Assembly: GCA_964493715.1 (NCBI GenBank)
Contig: CAZBPC010000014.1
Location: 1 to 57,301, forward strand
DNA length: 57,301 nt
From: an uncultured archaeon
Lineage (GTDB): Archaea > Asgardarchaeota > Lokiarchaeia > Sigyniarchaeales > SOKP01
Direction: 5' to 3'
Shown here in pieces: positions 29,369 to 39,915 of the stretch. The first letter of the stretch is position 1; each line of letters starts with the position of its first letter. The notes under the pieces are model-generated. The model saw only the letters and a program-made list of their open reading frames with translations. It was not told where the DNA came from and did no database searches. The translations under genes and the position numbers were made by a program.

Positions 29369-29878
29369 TTGAGAGAAGAAACTGATTATAGTGAAGCTCT
29401 AGAAGCGTTTAAAGATGATAAAAATATTATCATTGAGCCATGGGGACGAAGCATTGACCATTTACGACTTACCATCATCGGGAAGGAGGGAAACCCATAC
29501 GCGAAAGGAAAATTCGTTTTTGAAATTAAGTTTCCAGAGAATTATCCATTCACTCCACCCTATGCATATGCAGTCACGCTTATGTGGCATCCAAATATCG
29601 ATAGCTCAATCCCTCCGGGGAAATTAAACATCTGTTTAGATTTGATCAATCCAGATCTCGTAGGAAAAGTAGATGCTTCAACAGGAGCAAGCGGGTGGAC
29701 ACCCAGTAAGACTTTAACAAACATTATAGAAGCCCTCAAGGGAATGATGCACATGGAACCTCCGTTCTTCAACCCAGGCGATCCTTTAAATCATGAGGCG
29801 GGAGAACAATATTTTAGAGCTCTCAAGAAATTTGAAGCCAAGGCCGAAGCCTGGACGAAGAAGTACGCGATGGATTAA
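29369..29878 (+). CDS. ubiquitin-conjugating enzyme E2
   Basis: G..GNPY..G.F.FEI.FP.NYPF.PP, MWHPNI, ICLDLI (catalytic Cys), GWTPS, DPLN.EA, A..WT.KYA. Confidence 0.95.
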   Translation: MREETDYSEALEAFKDDKNIIIEPWGRSIDHLRLTIIGKEGNPYAKGKFVFEIKFPENYPFTPPYAYAVTLMWHPNIDSSIPPGKLNICLDLINPDLVGKVDASTGASGWTPSKTLTNIIEALKGMMHMEPPFFNPGDPLNHEAGEQYFRALKKFEAKAEAWTKKYAMD

Positions 29879-29966
29879 TTTTTTTTCCTAATTTTATTTT
29901 ATCTAGATTGTATTTTATGTGATATTAGATTTAGATTAATTATTGATTTTTTTAAAGTGATTTAGT

Positions 29967-31355
29967 ATGTCAAATAAATTTGACCTTTTAGAGAAGATTA
30001 TTCGCAAGTACATGCGAAAAGGTAAAATCCCTGGATTAGCAATTAGCATTTTCCAAGAAAATCGAATTATATATTCGAAAGGATTTGGTGCCCGTGATTT
30101 GGAAAGATTCCTTCCAATGACACCTCAAACCCTCATAGGTATTGGAAGTATCACTAAATCATTTACTGCGTGTGCGATTATGAAACTGGTAGAACAAGGA
30201 AAAATTTCACTTGAGGATTCTGGTTCCAAGTATCTCAATTTCGCACCATTTAGCACGCATCCAGATATAAAAATAAAACACATGCTATCGCATTCAACAG
30301 GAGTGCCCGCGGCGGATACGGGATTGTTTTCAATGTTTTATACGTTTGGTGACTATCGCAAGATATATCCCACTACGACTAGAGAAGATTTTGAAGCACA
30401 TCTTGGAGAACCCGAGGATTTTATCATATTTAAAACTGGAGAGCAATTTTACTACAATAATGACATGTTCACGTGTTTAGGGTTCATAATTGAGCAAATT
30501 TCTGGAATTTCCTACTCTGATTACATCCGCAATGAGTTTCTCAAACCATTAGGAATGGAACGTGCGGTGTTTTCAAAAGAAGAATTTGAGGAGGATGATG
30601 ACAGAATGACTGGATATCTTCCTCATAAAGAAAACGATGTAATGGTGCCAAAAAAAAATGACGTTCCTCTTTATAAATTTCTTGATGCTCCAGGAGGGTT
30701 ATATGTTTCGATGGAAGAGATGATGAATTATGCTCAAATGTTCCTTCAAAAGGGCAATTTTCATGATAATCAATTACTTGCTCCCCAATCTATTGATATA
30801 ATGTGGACTCCGATGATTAATAGTGCTTATGGATTCGGAAAAGACCCAAAGTACTGTTTAGGATGGGTAACAGAGGATAATTATTTTCCTCACACTTTCT
30901 TATTTCATGGTGGAGGAGTTGGTACGAGTTGCGCTTATTTTGGCTTAATTCCAGATCTCAAAATTGGAGTGATTGTGGGGCAAAATTCTTGTTCTGGGAA
31001 CAGTTCTGTTATAATGCGAGCAGCATTATCAATTTTACTAAATATAGATCCCATGTCGCACGTTAAAGAATTAGAGATGGAAAGAATTATTGAAGAAATT
31101 AGCGGTAATTATAAATCCTCTCATAATATCTATGATTTAAAGGTATCTCTCAAAGGAACAATTCTGTATGCAGATATCGAGATAGATGATGGATCAATGA
31201 GTTTTCCCTTGATGGTGAAAGATTTAAGTCGGTTGGAGTTCACAATTTGTAGCATCTTGCCTGAAATTAGACAAGGAATCAAATTTCTAAGGGATTCCGA
31301 TTCGAAGAAGATAGAATTCGTGAAATATGATCGATATTTGTATCGAAAAAAATGA
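29967..31355 (+). CDS. serine hydrolase, beta-lactamase/AmpC-like (Pab87-like)
   Basis: IGSITKSF (SxxK), FYYNN (YxN), LSHSTG, AP.GGL, HGGG. Confidence 0.9.
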   Translation: MSNKFDLLEKIIRKYMRKGKIPGLAISIFQENRIIYSKGFGARDLERFLPMTPQTLIGIGSITKSFTACAIMKLVEQGKISLEDSGSKYLNFAPFSTHPDIKIKHMLSHSTGVPAADTGLFSMFYTFGDYRKIYPTTTREDFEAHLGEPEDFIIFKTGEQFYYNNDMFTCLGFIIEQISGISYSDYIRNEFLKPLGMERAVFSKEEFEEDDDRMTGYLPHKENDVMVPKKNDVPLYKFLDAPGGLYVSMEEMMNYAQMFLQKGNFHDNQLLAPQSIDIMWTPMINSAYGFGKDPKYCLGWVTEDNYFPHTFLFHGGGVGTSCAYFGLIPDLKIGVIVGQNSCSGNSSVIMRAALSILLNIDPMSHVKELEMERIIEEISGNYKSSHNIYDLKVSLKGTILYADIEIDDGSMSFPLMVKDLSRLEFTICSILPEIRQGIKFLRDSDSKKIEFVKYDRYLYRKK

Positions 31356-31380
31356 TTATAACTCCTTATCTCTATTTTTT

Positions 31381-31401
31381 TCTCCCTTAATATAAGGGAG
31401 A
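31381..31401. terminator. perfect 9-bp hairpin between convergent genes
   Basis: TCTCCCTTA-ATA-TAAGGGAGA preceded by a T-run. Confidence 0.4.
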
Positions 31402-31643
31402 GATCAAACCAACTATATCGCTGGAAGTTTCGGGGTTAACGTGTTTCCAAATTTTTGAAATTGGTATAACTTCACCTTTACTGGAAATGCATACTAAGTT
31501 TTCTTGTGATATAGGGAATTTCCTGTCCCGGTAAAATTAGGACTTCAAGAACAATTATTCATTACCTTGAATTAATTCTCTCCTTAGGTAAATAATAATT
31601 GGACATAAAAAATTAAAAAAGAAAAGGATTAAAGAGATTGAAA

Positions 31644-32591
31644 TTAATCTACGAATGCGTATGAAAGGACATTGATGTCACTTGAGTCTTGGACTGATAA
31701 TTCCCCTACCATCCATCCTTGATAGGTTGTCTCGCATAACCAATATTCATAACCCCCAATATCGTAATACCAACTAGATGTTCCATCATGCTCACTTGGA
31801 ATAAATGATAAATACACTCCCACCATTACATGCCCCAACCATTCAAATTCTTCATGGTCCCATACTTCCACGCAGAGGAGAATCGCACTATATCCGGTTG
31901 CTTCGACTAATGAACCGAAAAAAATGCATAAGTCCTCGCAATCCCCTTTGTTAAAAATAGTTTCCAAGGGATATTGAGCTCGATCCTCTGATTCAGATTT
32001 ATAAGTGATTCCTTGAGTGAAACTCAAGAGGGCATTTACAATTTCTTCATCATCTTGTTGATCGATACACTTTGAGATAACCTCTGCTCCAATTTTCTGC
32101 AATTCATCAGAATTAGGAGTACAATATGACTCTAATATTTCAACCACTAAACCTACATCGTAATAGGAATGACTGGGATGGCTAGACCTTGTTATAGAAT
32201 CATATTCTGCTCGTGGAAGAGTATAGGTATAGGAACGTGAGGTTAACCCGTTATTGACATAATAATTGATAGTCCTAACCATGTTGAATCCAAAATAGAT
32301 TGATATCCCAGTTATCGTCCCAGATATAGCAATAACTAAGATGATAATTATCGCTTTTTTTTGTGCTTTACTTATTCTCTTTTTCTCTATCAATTCAAGT
32401 CTAGAAGGATAGTGTGGTTGAAGTATTATTTTTTTATCAGAAACAGGCTCAGCCATCTGACCTGTTTCTTTAAACGGCTCAAATTCAGAAAAAGCAAGAG
32501 CATGAAAGCGAAATGCGCAATAAGGGCAAACCTTCCATTCAGGTTGAACTGCAGCACCACAATTTGAACAAAAATTTGCTATAATGTCCAC
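31644..32591 (-). CDS. zinc-ribbon + TM + transglutaminase-like (papain-fold) protein
   Basis: CSNCG..CPYC, TM IIIILVIAISG, YP.ETI...GDCED (Cys), GHVMVGV (His), ETT. Confidence 0.8.
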   Translation of the reverse strand: MDIIANFCSNCGAAVQPEWKVCPYCAFRFHALAFSEFEPFKETGQMAEPVSDKKIILQPHYPSRLELIEKKRISKAQKKAIIIILVIAISGTITGISIYFGFNMVRTINYYVNNGLTSRSYTYTLPRAEYDSITRSSHPSHSYYDVGLVVEILESYCTPNSDELQKIGAEVISKCIDQQDDEEIVNALLSFTQGITYKSESEDRAQYPLETIFNKGDCEDLCIFFGSLVEATGYSAILLCVEVWDHEEFEWLGHVMVGVYLSFIPSEHDGTSSWYYDIGGYEYWLCETTYQGWMVGELSVQDSSDINVLSYAFVD

Positions 32592-32679
32592 CTAGAATTT
32601 ATTTACCTTACATCTAATGTAATAATCATTTTATTAAAATTAATGGAAAAATGTTATTGCCCTTTTTCGACTTTTCATA

Positions 32680-32802
32680 GAATTTCCATTCTTTAACCTT
32701 GGTGATCCGTTAAATTATGAAGCTGGAGAACAATACTATAGAGTCTTGAAGAAATTTGAATCCAAAGCCGAGAGTTGGGCAAAGAAATACACAATGGATT
32801 AA
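32680..32802 (+). pseudogene. orphan duplicate of the E2 gene 3' end
   Basis: EFPFFNLGDPLNYEAGEQYYRVLKKFESKAESWAKKYTMD* aligns without gaps to 29756..29878; in-frame TAA at 32641-43 and no start codon between. Confidence 0.9.
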
Positions 32803-33058
32803 TTTATTTTTTTCTACATTTAATTATTCTTTAGGGATATTTGAATCTTCTATGCTTGTATCACTCCAACTTTCTTTCAATTCCATTGCTTTTGTTTAAA
32901 GAGTCATTATCGAAAATTTTGATTCTTTTAAGCAAATACCTTATAGGTATTGCAATTACTCGCTAACTTTATTTATGTGGCACTCATATATGCATTCAAA
33001 CCATTAAATTTTAAAATATGATTATAAATCATTGTCATTTGAATACCAATAATCATAT

Positions 33059-34135
33059 GTGAAAATAATGACAATTTTAGTTCGAGAAAAAATTCGACCG
33101 GACATCTTGAAGCTCAACGACGATAATTTTAAAGTGATAATGAAATTTTTGCTTCAATTTGCTGGGTTCGAAGAAAATAAGCAATTTAACTTTCCCAAAA
33201 TCTATAAGAAAGTTTTGGATCTAAATGAGCTTTTCTTTAAAAAGCGAGTTAATATGATGGAACTTAATTATAAGCTAACTACTGAAGAAAGGAATTATGT
33301 AAAAAACTTACTACGCTACGCTATAGAACATTCATCAGCCGAGGAGTTAGAGGAATCCCCTATTCCGAAGGAAATTGAAATCAAATCCGAAAATATAAAT
33401 AATTTTTCAGCTGAATGGATTATTCCTCCAGATCTGATTAAAGATCGGGTAATTTTATACATACATGGGGGAGGCTGGATATTTGGTTCTCCCTTAACTT
33501 GCCGAAAGCTAACCTCTGCTATAGCTACAGCCACAAGACTGAAAATTCTTAGCATTGATTATCGTCTTTCCCCAGAGTATCCATTTCCCATGCCATTAGA
33601 TGACTGTGTAAATGCATACAAGTGGTTATTATCAAATGGATATAATAACACTGATATAGTAATAGGGGGAGACTCTGCTGGTGGAAATCTAACTCTTGCT
33701 ACTTTATTAAAACTAAGAGACAAAGGAATTGATTTACCAGCAGGAGCAATTTGCCTAGCTCCTGCTACTGATTTTACATTTTCTGATGAATCATACTTTA
33801 AAAATGCTGAAACAGATACTTCGTTAGCAGATGTGGGCTTTTTTTGGTGGTATGCTGCTTATCTTGGAGATGAAAACCCTAAAAATCCCTACATTTCACC
33901 ATTACTTGCAAATTTAAAGAATTTACCTCCAATATTGTTACAAGTTAGCTCAAGCGAAATGCTTTATAGTGATTCAACTCGATTTGCTGAAAAAGCTAAG
34001 AAAGCAGGAACAAGAGCTATATTACAATCCTGGGATGAGATGCCGCACGTGTTTCAAAGTTTATTTGATGAACTGCCTGAAGCGAAAGATGCTATCACTA
34101 AAATTGCTGACTTTTCTTCTGGGTTATTTGTATAG
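33059..34135 (+). CDS. alpha/beta hydrolase, HSL-family esterase/lipase
   Basis: HGGGW, DYRLSPEYPFP, GDSAGGNL, MPHVF. Confidence 0.93.
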   Translation: MKIMTILVREKIRPDILKLNDDNFKVIMKFLLQFAGFEENKQFNFPKIYKKVLDLNELFFKKRVNMMELNYKLTTEERNYVKNLLRYAIEHSSAEELEESPIPKEIEIKSENINNFSAEWIIPPDLIKDRVILYIHGGGWIFGSPLTCRKLTSAIATATRLKILSIDYRLSPEYPFPMPLDDCVNAYKWLLSNGYNNTDIVIGGDSAGGNLTLATLLKLRDKGIDLPAGAICLAPATDFTFSDESYFKNAETDTSLADVGFFWWYAAYLGDENPKNPYISPLLANLKNLPPILLQVSSSEMLYSDSTRFAEKAKKAGTRAILQSWDEMPHVFQSLFDELPEAKDAITKIADFSSGLFV

Positions 34136-34220
34136 CAAATCAATACGGAATAAGGATACGATTTGGTTCAATAAGAAGAGGACTCAAATCTCATCAAATT
34201 AATGAAGAAATTTCATTTTA

Positions 34221-35180
34221 TTATTTTGTATTATTTTTGACATGTAAATTAAAACCTTCAGATTTATCAATAATTTCACTTGTTGTTTTGTTAAAGTTGA
34301 ACTTTAGTCCATACCCTGAATTTCTAAAGTAACTTTCTGCTAGTAAAATTGTGACACTTACCGTATTATCATATTCTGTGATAAATGGAATTCTGTCTTC
34401 CCATTTGGAAAAAAAAGAATATTCATCAGCTAAAAATAATGACTTTTCATAAAAGCTTGCTTGAATTGAATTCAATTTGAGTTTTGAATCTAATAGAGTA
34501 CTGGAATTAGATGTAAAAATATTTTTTTTGACGAGTTTGAAGTGCATCTCCTCGTTCATCGTGTTAGTGGAATAGATATAATAACTAAAGGGAGTAATCC
34601 CGGGAATGAAACGATCAGATGAGGGCAATTTAACATTAAAATAAACTTTCATAATTATACGCCATGAAAAGTAAACTATGTAAAATCCAGAAACAAAATA
34701 TGAAAATACAACTAGATTGAATGCAGGAACAACGAAAAATAGTATCACGTATGATAACGTAATACCAACGGAGATTAATAACATGTAAAAGTTTATTGCC
34801 CGATCGATGAAAAAGCGATATCTTTTTTTCGATATTGGATAAAATATAGGAGTTTTCGATGCTGCTAAGAAGTCCAAGGTAATATGCAAACTATAAAATA
34901 AAAAACCTAATGGCCAAACGTATAAAAATGGTATTTTTGTGAAAAGTGAGAATATAGCGCCTGTAATTGCTGTTAGAGCGACCGCAAACACAAAAGAGTG
35001 TGATATTCCTTTATGCCCTAAATTTTTATTTCTACGTATGAAACTCAACGACTCAAAAATGACATCAAAATCAGGAGTTATAGCCATAATGCCCATATAC
35101 AGCACCATGGCGAATCCAAAACCATTGAGTGTAAAGGCACTAATTAAAAATCCTACCAAAAAATGAGTAAAAGAATCCAT
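34221..35180 (-). CDS. membrane metal-dependent hydrolase (YdjM-like)
   Basis: MDSFTH, PDFD, HKGISHS, HITLD motifs with several TM helices. Confidence 0.85.
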   Translation of the reverse strand: MDSFTHFLVGFLISAFTLNGFGFAMVLYMGIMAITPDFDVIFESLSFIRRNKNLGHKGISHSFVFAVALTAITGAIFSLFTKIPFLYVWPLGFLFYSLHITLDFLAASKTPIFYPISKKRYRFFIDRAINFYMLLISVGITLSYVILFFVVPAFNLVVFSYFVSGFYIVYFSWRIIMKVYFNVKLPSSDRFIPGITPFSYYIYSTNTMNEEMHFKLVKKNIFTSNSSTLLDSKLKLNSIQASFYEKSLFLADEYSFFSKWEDRIPFITEYDNTVSVTILLAESYFRNSGYGLKFNFNKTTSEIIDKSEGFNLHVKNNTK

Positions 35181-35560
35181 CTTTACAAACATTAAGTTGA
35201 AATACCTATTTTAAGATTAATATTATTTTTTATAGAAAGAACGATAAAATAAGATAATTTACGAAATTTAAAACTTCGATTTTTTTACGCATTAAGGATG
35301 CAATTCTTTGTAACGATTTAATTAACCTTTATTATATTTCATCTATTTTTACTTATTTGAACAAATAAATAGCAGTTTTCTTTATTTTCAGTTAATTTAT
35401 TATTTTATAACTCCTATTAAAAAGATTGTTAATACTTAAAATATAAGGTCATGGTGAATTATGGTATATATTTCATAACCTATAGGTAAATAAATGTGAT
35501 TATGATAATAATGTATAATAGACTTAATAAAATGAATATACATATTTTAACAAAAAGGAG

Positions 35561-36769
35561 TTGATTATTAACATTAAAACTTATGATTATGATTATTTAA
35601 TTATTGGAGGTGGGATGGCTGCTGATTCTGCAGCTCGAGGGATTCGTGAAGTTGATTCTGAAGGAACTATTGGGATTATTGGAAAGGAAGAGAATCCACC
35701 TTATGCTCGTCCTCCATTAACGAAAGATCTTTGGAAAGGAGAGGAAAAGGTTGAGGATATTGATTTGAACACTTCTGAAGTTAACATCGAATTCCACTCG
35801 GGTAAAATTGTAACCAAAATCGATCCTACTCAAAAGATAGTGTACGATGATACTGGAGATAAATTTTCTTACAAAAAACTACTAATCTCAACTGGAGGGA
35901 CGCCTAAAGAAATTCCAAATGTTAAAGAACCGGGAATCATGTACTACCGAACCCTTTCGGATTTTAAAAAATTACGCAAAATTGTGGATGAGAAGAGCAG
36001 TTTTGGAGTGATTGGGGGTGGTTTTATAGGATCGGAAATCGCTGCTGGAATTAAATTATATAAATCTAATGCAAGTGTTTCAATGATCTTCCCTGAATAT
36101 GGAATCGGTGGTCTTATATTTCCTGAGAAGTTGAGTAAGTTCCTTAATGAATATTACCAAGAAAAAGGAATTAATGTCCTTTCAGGAGAGTTAGTAACAC
36201 GCATAACTAAGCAAAAAAAAACATACCTGATTGAAACTAAAAGTGGAAAGAAGCTCGAATTTGATGCAATAGTTGCAGGTTTAGGTATTAATCCAAATTT
36301 AGATGTGGTAAAGGGCACTAATTTAAAAGTCGATGACGGAATCGTAGTAAATCAGCATCTCCAAACCAGCGATGATGATATTTTTGCTGCTGGAGACGTC
36401 GTTCGGTATTATGTCTCTGCACTTGATTCTTACGTACGTGTAGAACATGAAGATAATGCAATTAATATGGGGTATGCTGCAGGTCAAAATATGGTAGGAG
36501 AAGAAAATGTTTACGACCAGTTATCATATTTCTATTCTGATCTATTTGATTATGGTTATGAAGCTGTTGGGATGTTAAATTCAAAATTGAAGACTACCGA
36601 AGTATGGAAAACACCTTTTGAAGAAGGGATAGTATATTATTTACAAGACGATAAAGTAAAAGGAATCTTGCTCTGGAACGTTTGGGAAAAAGTAGATGAA
36701 GCTAGATTGATAATATCTGATGGTAAAAAATTATCACCAGAGAATTTGAAAGGTTTAATTGAATTTTAA
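35561..36769 (+). CDS. FAD/NAD(P)-dependent oxidoreductase (ferredoxin-reductase/AIF-like)
   Basis: IIGGGMAA, PYARPPLTKDLW, IGGGFIGSEIA, FAAGD, RVEHEDNA, FYSDL..GYEAVG, GILLWN. Confidence 0.9.
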   Translation: MIINIKTYDYDYLIIGGGMAADSAARGIREVDSEGTIGIIGKEENPPYARPPLTKDLWKGEEKVEDIDLNTSEVNIEFHSGKIVTKIDPTQKIVYDDTGDKFSYKKLLISTGGTPKEIPNVKEPGIMYYRTLSDFKKLRKIVDEKSSFGVIGGGFIGSEIAAGIKLYKSNASVSMIFPEYGIGGLIFPEKLSKFLNEYYQEKGINVLSGELVTRITKQKKTYLIETKSGKKLEFDAIVAGLGINPNLDVVKGTNLKVDDGIVVNQHLQTSDDDIFAAGDVVRYYVSALDSYVRVEHEDNAINMGYAAGQNMVGEENVYDQLSYFYSDLFDYGYEAVGMLNSKLKTTEVWKTPFEEGIVYYLQDDKVKGILLWNVWEKVDEARLIISDGKKLSPENLKGLIEF

Positions 36770-36791
36770 CTGTAATTACACCATTTTTGTG

Positions 36792-37013
36792 TTACTCCCA
36801 CGCAGAATGCCGTAATATTGCACTAGTTGGGCAGACTCCTTCACAAGCCATGCATTGAGTGCACTCCCCAATATTTTCTGCTATTACTTTTCCGTCGACG
36901 AGATCATAGACGTCTGCAGGACACACGTTAATGCACTCTTCTGCACCCACGCATAGATCTAAATCAACTTCTACCCAATTTCCATTATCTTCCCATTTCT
37001 TAATATCAGTCAT
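36792..37013 (-). CDS. 4Fe-4S ferredoxin
   Basis: CVGAEECINVCP and CTQCMACEGVCP. Confidence 0.9.
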   Translation of the reverse strand: MTDIKKWEDNGNWVEVDLDLCVGAEECINVCPADVYDLVDGKVIAENIGECTQCMACEGVCPTSAILRHSAWE

Positions 37014-37099
37014 GATATCTTAAATTAAATCTCTAAAGTATTTAATTGAGATAGGATCACATTAGATTTTAAATCTTTTTAAAATGAATTATAAGGGGA

Positions 37100-37717
37100 T
37101 CATAGCACTGCTTCTAAACCTTCAAATTTGGATAAAGATTCAAAATTAGAAATATGATTGCCAGATAAATCAATAAATAATAATCTATCTAAATGTTCCA
37201 AATTGGAGATTTCTTTAATATTATTTTTCGAGAGGTATAAATATTTCAGGTTCTTGAGATTTTCTAATCCCTCTATTTTTGTAATTTGATTATTGTTTAA
37301 GTTTAATCTCTCAAGGTTTACTAGATTTTGTAATCCTTCAATTAAACCAATATTATTGTAAGATAAGTTAAGACTCTTTAAATTTCTGAGGTTTTCTAAC
37401 CCTTGAATTTTTTCAATCTGATTTCCACTCAGTACTAATTCCTCTAGTTTTGCCAAGAATTTTAAACCTTTAATTTCAATTATTTTATTTGCCTCTAAAT
37501 GAAGTCTCTCCAAGTTTAAAAGCGACTTCAATCCCTCAATAATTTCTATCTGGTTTTTTTCCAAGTATAATTCTCTTAATTTGTAATGCTTCTGAAGCTT
37601 TTTGATGTCATCCAAATTTTTTATTTTATAACTTTGTAAGTTAAGCACTTCTCCATTAAAACTGATTCTCTTCTTATTGACTTTTACATATTCCATGAAG
37701 TTAAAAGGATAGCACAA
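37100..37717 (-). CDS. leucine-rich repeat protein (Sds22-like, 22-aa repeats)
   Basis: about 7 repeats of L..L.L..N.I..I.GL..L. Confidence 0.92.
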   Translation of the reverse strand: MCYPFNFMEYVKVNKKRISFNGEVLNLQSYKIKNLDDIKKLQKHYKLRELYLEKNQIEIIEGLKSLLNLERLHLEANKIIEIKGLKFLAKLEELVLSGNQIEKIQGLENLRNLKSLNLSYNNIGLIEGLQNLVNLERLNLNNNQITKIEGLENLKNLKYLYLSKNNIKEISNLEHLDRLLFIDLSGNHISNFESLSKFEGLEAVL

Positions 37718-37765
37718 ACATTTTAATAAATCTTTTTAATATAATAATAAAAATACGAAATAGAT

Positions 37766-38080
37766 CTATAAACTAAAAGAAATTTGGTTAAAATCATAAT
37801 ATTTTAAATAAATTAATCTTCTACTACCCCATTTATCAATATTAGTTTTATCACTCATATGCCCTGTTAGTGGATCGTTTAGGGTAAAAATCGTAGTGTA
37901 GATTACCATCCCAATGATAAATAATGGGTCAATTAAACTTAAATAATTTCAAAAGAAATTAACGTATATTAATATGAAAATTCCCGCAAGGAAAGTATTG
38001 GGAAGATATCCGAGTGAATATATAAATACCTCTTTTCTTAGTAATTTTCCAACAAAATATTTGTTTGTTTTTGATTCCAT
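37766..38080 (-). pseudogene. truncated MFS glycoside-pentoside-hexuronide (MelB-like) transporter
   Basis: MESK...YSLGYLPNTF...VNFF*NYLSL...NDPLTGHMSDKTNIDKWGSRR; internal TGA at 37949-37951; truncated after about 100 codons. Confidence 0.75.
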
Positions 38081-38181
38081 ATTTTAAGAATTTATAATAA
38101 AGAAAATTATACTTTTACTTTAATGTTGTAAAAAACAATTTGGAACAATCAAATTAAAATAAATATAAATGATTCTACAAC

Positions 38182-39861
38182 ATGATTTTGAATATGCCTG
38201 AATGGAATTATAAATGGTGGCAAAAAACTACAGTCTATCAAATCTACCCTCGATCATTTAAAGATAGTACTGGTAATGGTATTGGAGATTTACAAGGGAT
38301 AATTTCAAAATTAGATTATTTAGAAGCGTTAGGTGTAGAAACAATATGGTTTAGCCCATTTTTTGATTCCCCTCAACAAGATCACGGTTATGACATTAGA
38401 GATTTTCGTAATATCGCATCGGAATATGGGACATTAAAAGATTTTAATCAACTCCTAAAGGAAATGCACGAGAGAAATATGAGAATGGTTTTGGATTTTG
38501 TTCTTAATCATACATCAATTGATCATCCCTGGTTCGTTGAATCTGCTTCAAGTAGGGACAATCCAAAGCGTGATTGGTATATATGGCGTGATGGCAAAAA
38601 ATCTGGTGGTAAAAAGCCACCAAACAATTGGATTGCGATGACTGGAGGTCGTGCTTGGTTATATTACGAAAACACTGATCAATGGGTTTATTTCCACTTT
38701 TTGCCGAGCATGATTGACTTAAATTATCGTAATCCTGAAGTAAAGGAGGAAATGTTTAATACAATGCGTTTTTGGTTAGATAAAGGAGTTGACGGATTTC
38801 GATTAGACATTCTTCATGCTATTTATGAAGATGAACAATTAACAAATGATACATTTAGCTGGACAATCATTCCTTCAGAAAAAAAAGTGGATACGTTTTT
38901 TCATAAGCACAAATACGATTTAAACCAACCTGAAACCTTTGACTTTGCCCTGGAATTAAGAGAAGTAATGGACGAATATGAACCTGAAAGATTTCTTGTA
39001 GGTGAGGTTGCTGGTTCCATTGAGGAGGTTAAAAAGTATTATGGTACTAATAATAATGGATTGCACATGTGTTTTTTATTCGAGTTTTCTCCCACACCGT
39101 TTGACCCTAAAAGATACATGAGCTTAATTTCAAGGATTGAAACAGCATTGCCATTTCCATTTACTCCTACTTATGTTTATGGAAACCATGATGTAGATCG
39201 TTACATGTCTCTTTTGAAAAATAATTTTGATAAAGCAAAAATTCTTGCAACTATGCAATTAACCTTAAGAGGCGTTCCATTTATTTATTATGGGGAAGAG
39301 ATTGGGATGTCTAATGTTAGGTTCAAGTTAAAAACAAGTGAGGACCCAATTGGACGTAAATTTTCATGGTTTCCTATGCCGCAATTAAGTAGGTTAATCG
39401 GATTTTCTCTAACTCGAGATCGCTGTAGAACTCCAATGCAATGGAATAATGAGAAAAATGCAGGATTCTCATCTAATAGCGAAATCGAACCTTGGTTAAA
39501 AGTTTCAGATACTTACGAGAAAATAAATGTGGAAAAAGAACAAAAAAATCTTGACTCATTGTTAAACTGCTATAAAAAACTATTAAGAGTTAGAAAAGAA
39601 AATATAGCGTTGCAAGAAGGTGAATTGCAGTTTATTGAATATGGGAAAATGAAGAAGAATTATATTTCTTATACTAGAACCCATAAAGCTCAAAAAATCT
39701 TTATATATCTAAATTTTACGAAGAAAGAATTGTTAATGCAAACTTCTATAGAAAAACCAGAACTTTTATTCTCAACATTATCGAACAGAAAAGCTTTAGA
39801 TACTGAAGTGTTTAATGGAAATATTAAATTGACTCCTTTAGAGGGAATAATTTTTAAATAA
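38182..39861 (+). CDS. GH13 alpha-glucosidase/oligo-1,6-glucosidase
   Basis: YQIYPRSF.D..G.GIGDL.G, DFVLNHTS..HPWF, GVDGFRLD, VGEV, NHD, YYGEEIGM, RD.CRTPMQW. Confidence 0.95.
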   Translation: MILNMPEWNYKWWQKTTVYQIYPRSFKDSTGNGIGDLQGIISKLDYLEALGVETIWFSPFFDSPQQDHGYDIRDFRNIASEYGTLKDFNQLLKEMHERNMRMVLDFVLNHTSIDHPWFVESASSRDNPKRDWYIWRDGKKSGGKKPPNNWIAMTGGRAWLYYENTDQWVYFHFLPSMIDLNYRNPEVKEEMFNTMRFWLDKGVDGFRLDILHAIYEDEQLTNDTFSWTIIPSEKKVDTFFHKHKYDLNQPETFDFALELREVMDEYEPERFLVGEVAGSIEEVKKYYGTNNNGLHMCFLFEFSPTPFDPKRYMSLISRIETALPFPFTPTYVYGNHDVDRYMSLLKNNFDKAKILATMQLTLRGVPFIYYGEEIGMSNVRFKLKTSEDPIGRKFSWFPMPQLSRLIGFSLTRDRCRTPMQWNNEKNAGFSSNSEIEPWLKVSDTYEKINVEKEQKNLDSLLNCYKKLLRVRKENIALQEGELQFIEYGKMKKNYISYTRTHKAQKIFIYLNFTKKELLMQTSIEKPELLFSTLSNRKALDTEVFNGNIKLTPLEGIIFK

Positions 39862-39915
39862 AAGTTTTAAACCCAATCTTTCTTAATTATTGAACTACTA
39901 ATTAGTTGAGAATTA

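Noticed and set aside
32820-33050. Further gene remnants after the E2 duplicate and at 31410-31600
   Set aside because: Only short codon-like patches are present, and no family is recognisable without a search.
37949-37951. Selenocysteine recoding of the TGA in the MFS fragment
   Set aside because: The position looks like Trp, the gene is truncated anyway, and no SECIS-like hairpin was seen.
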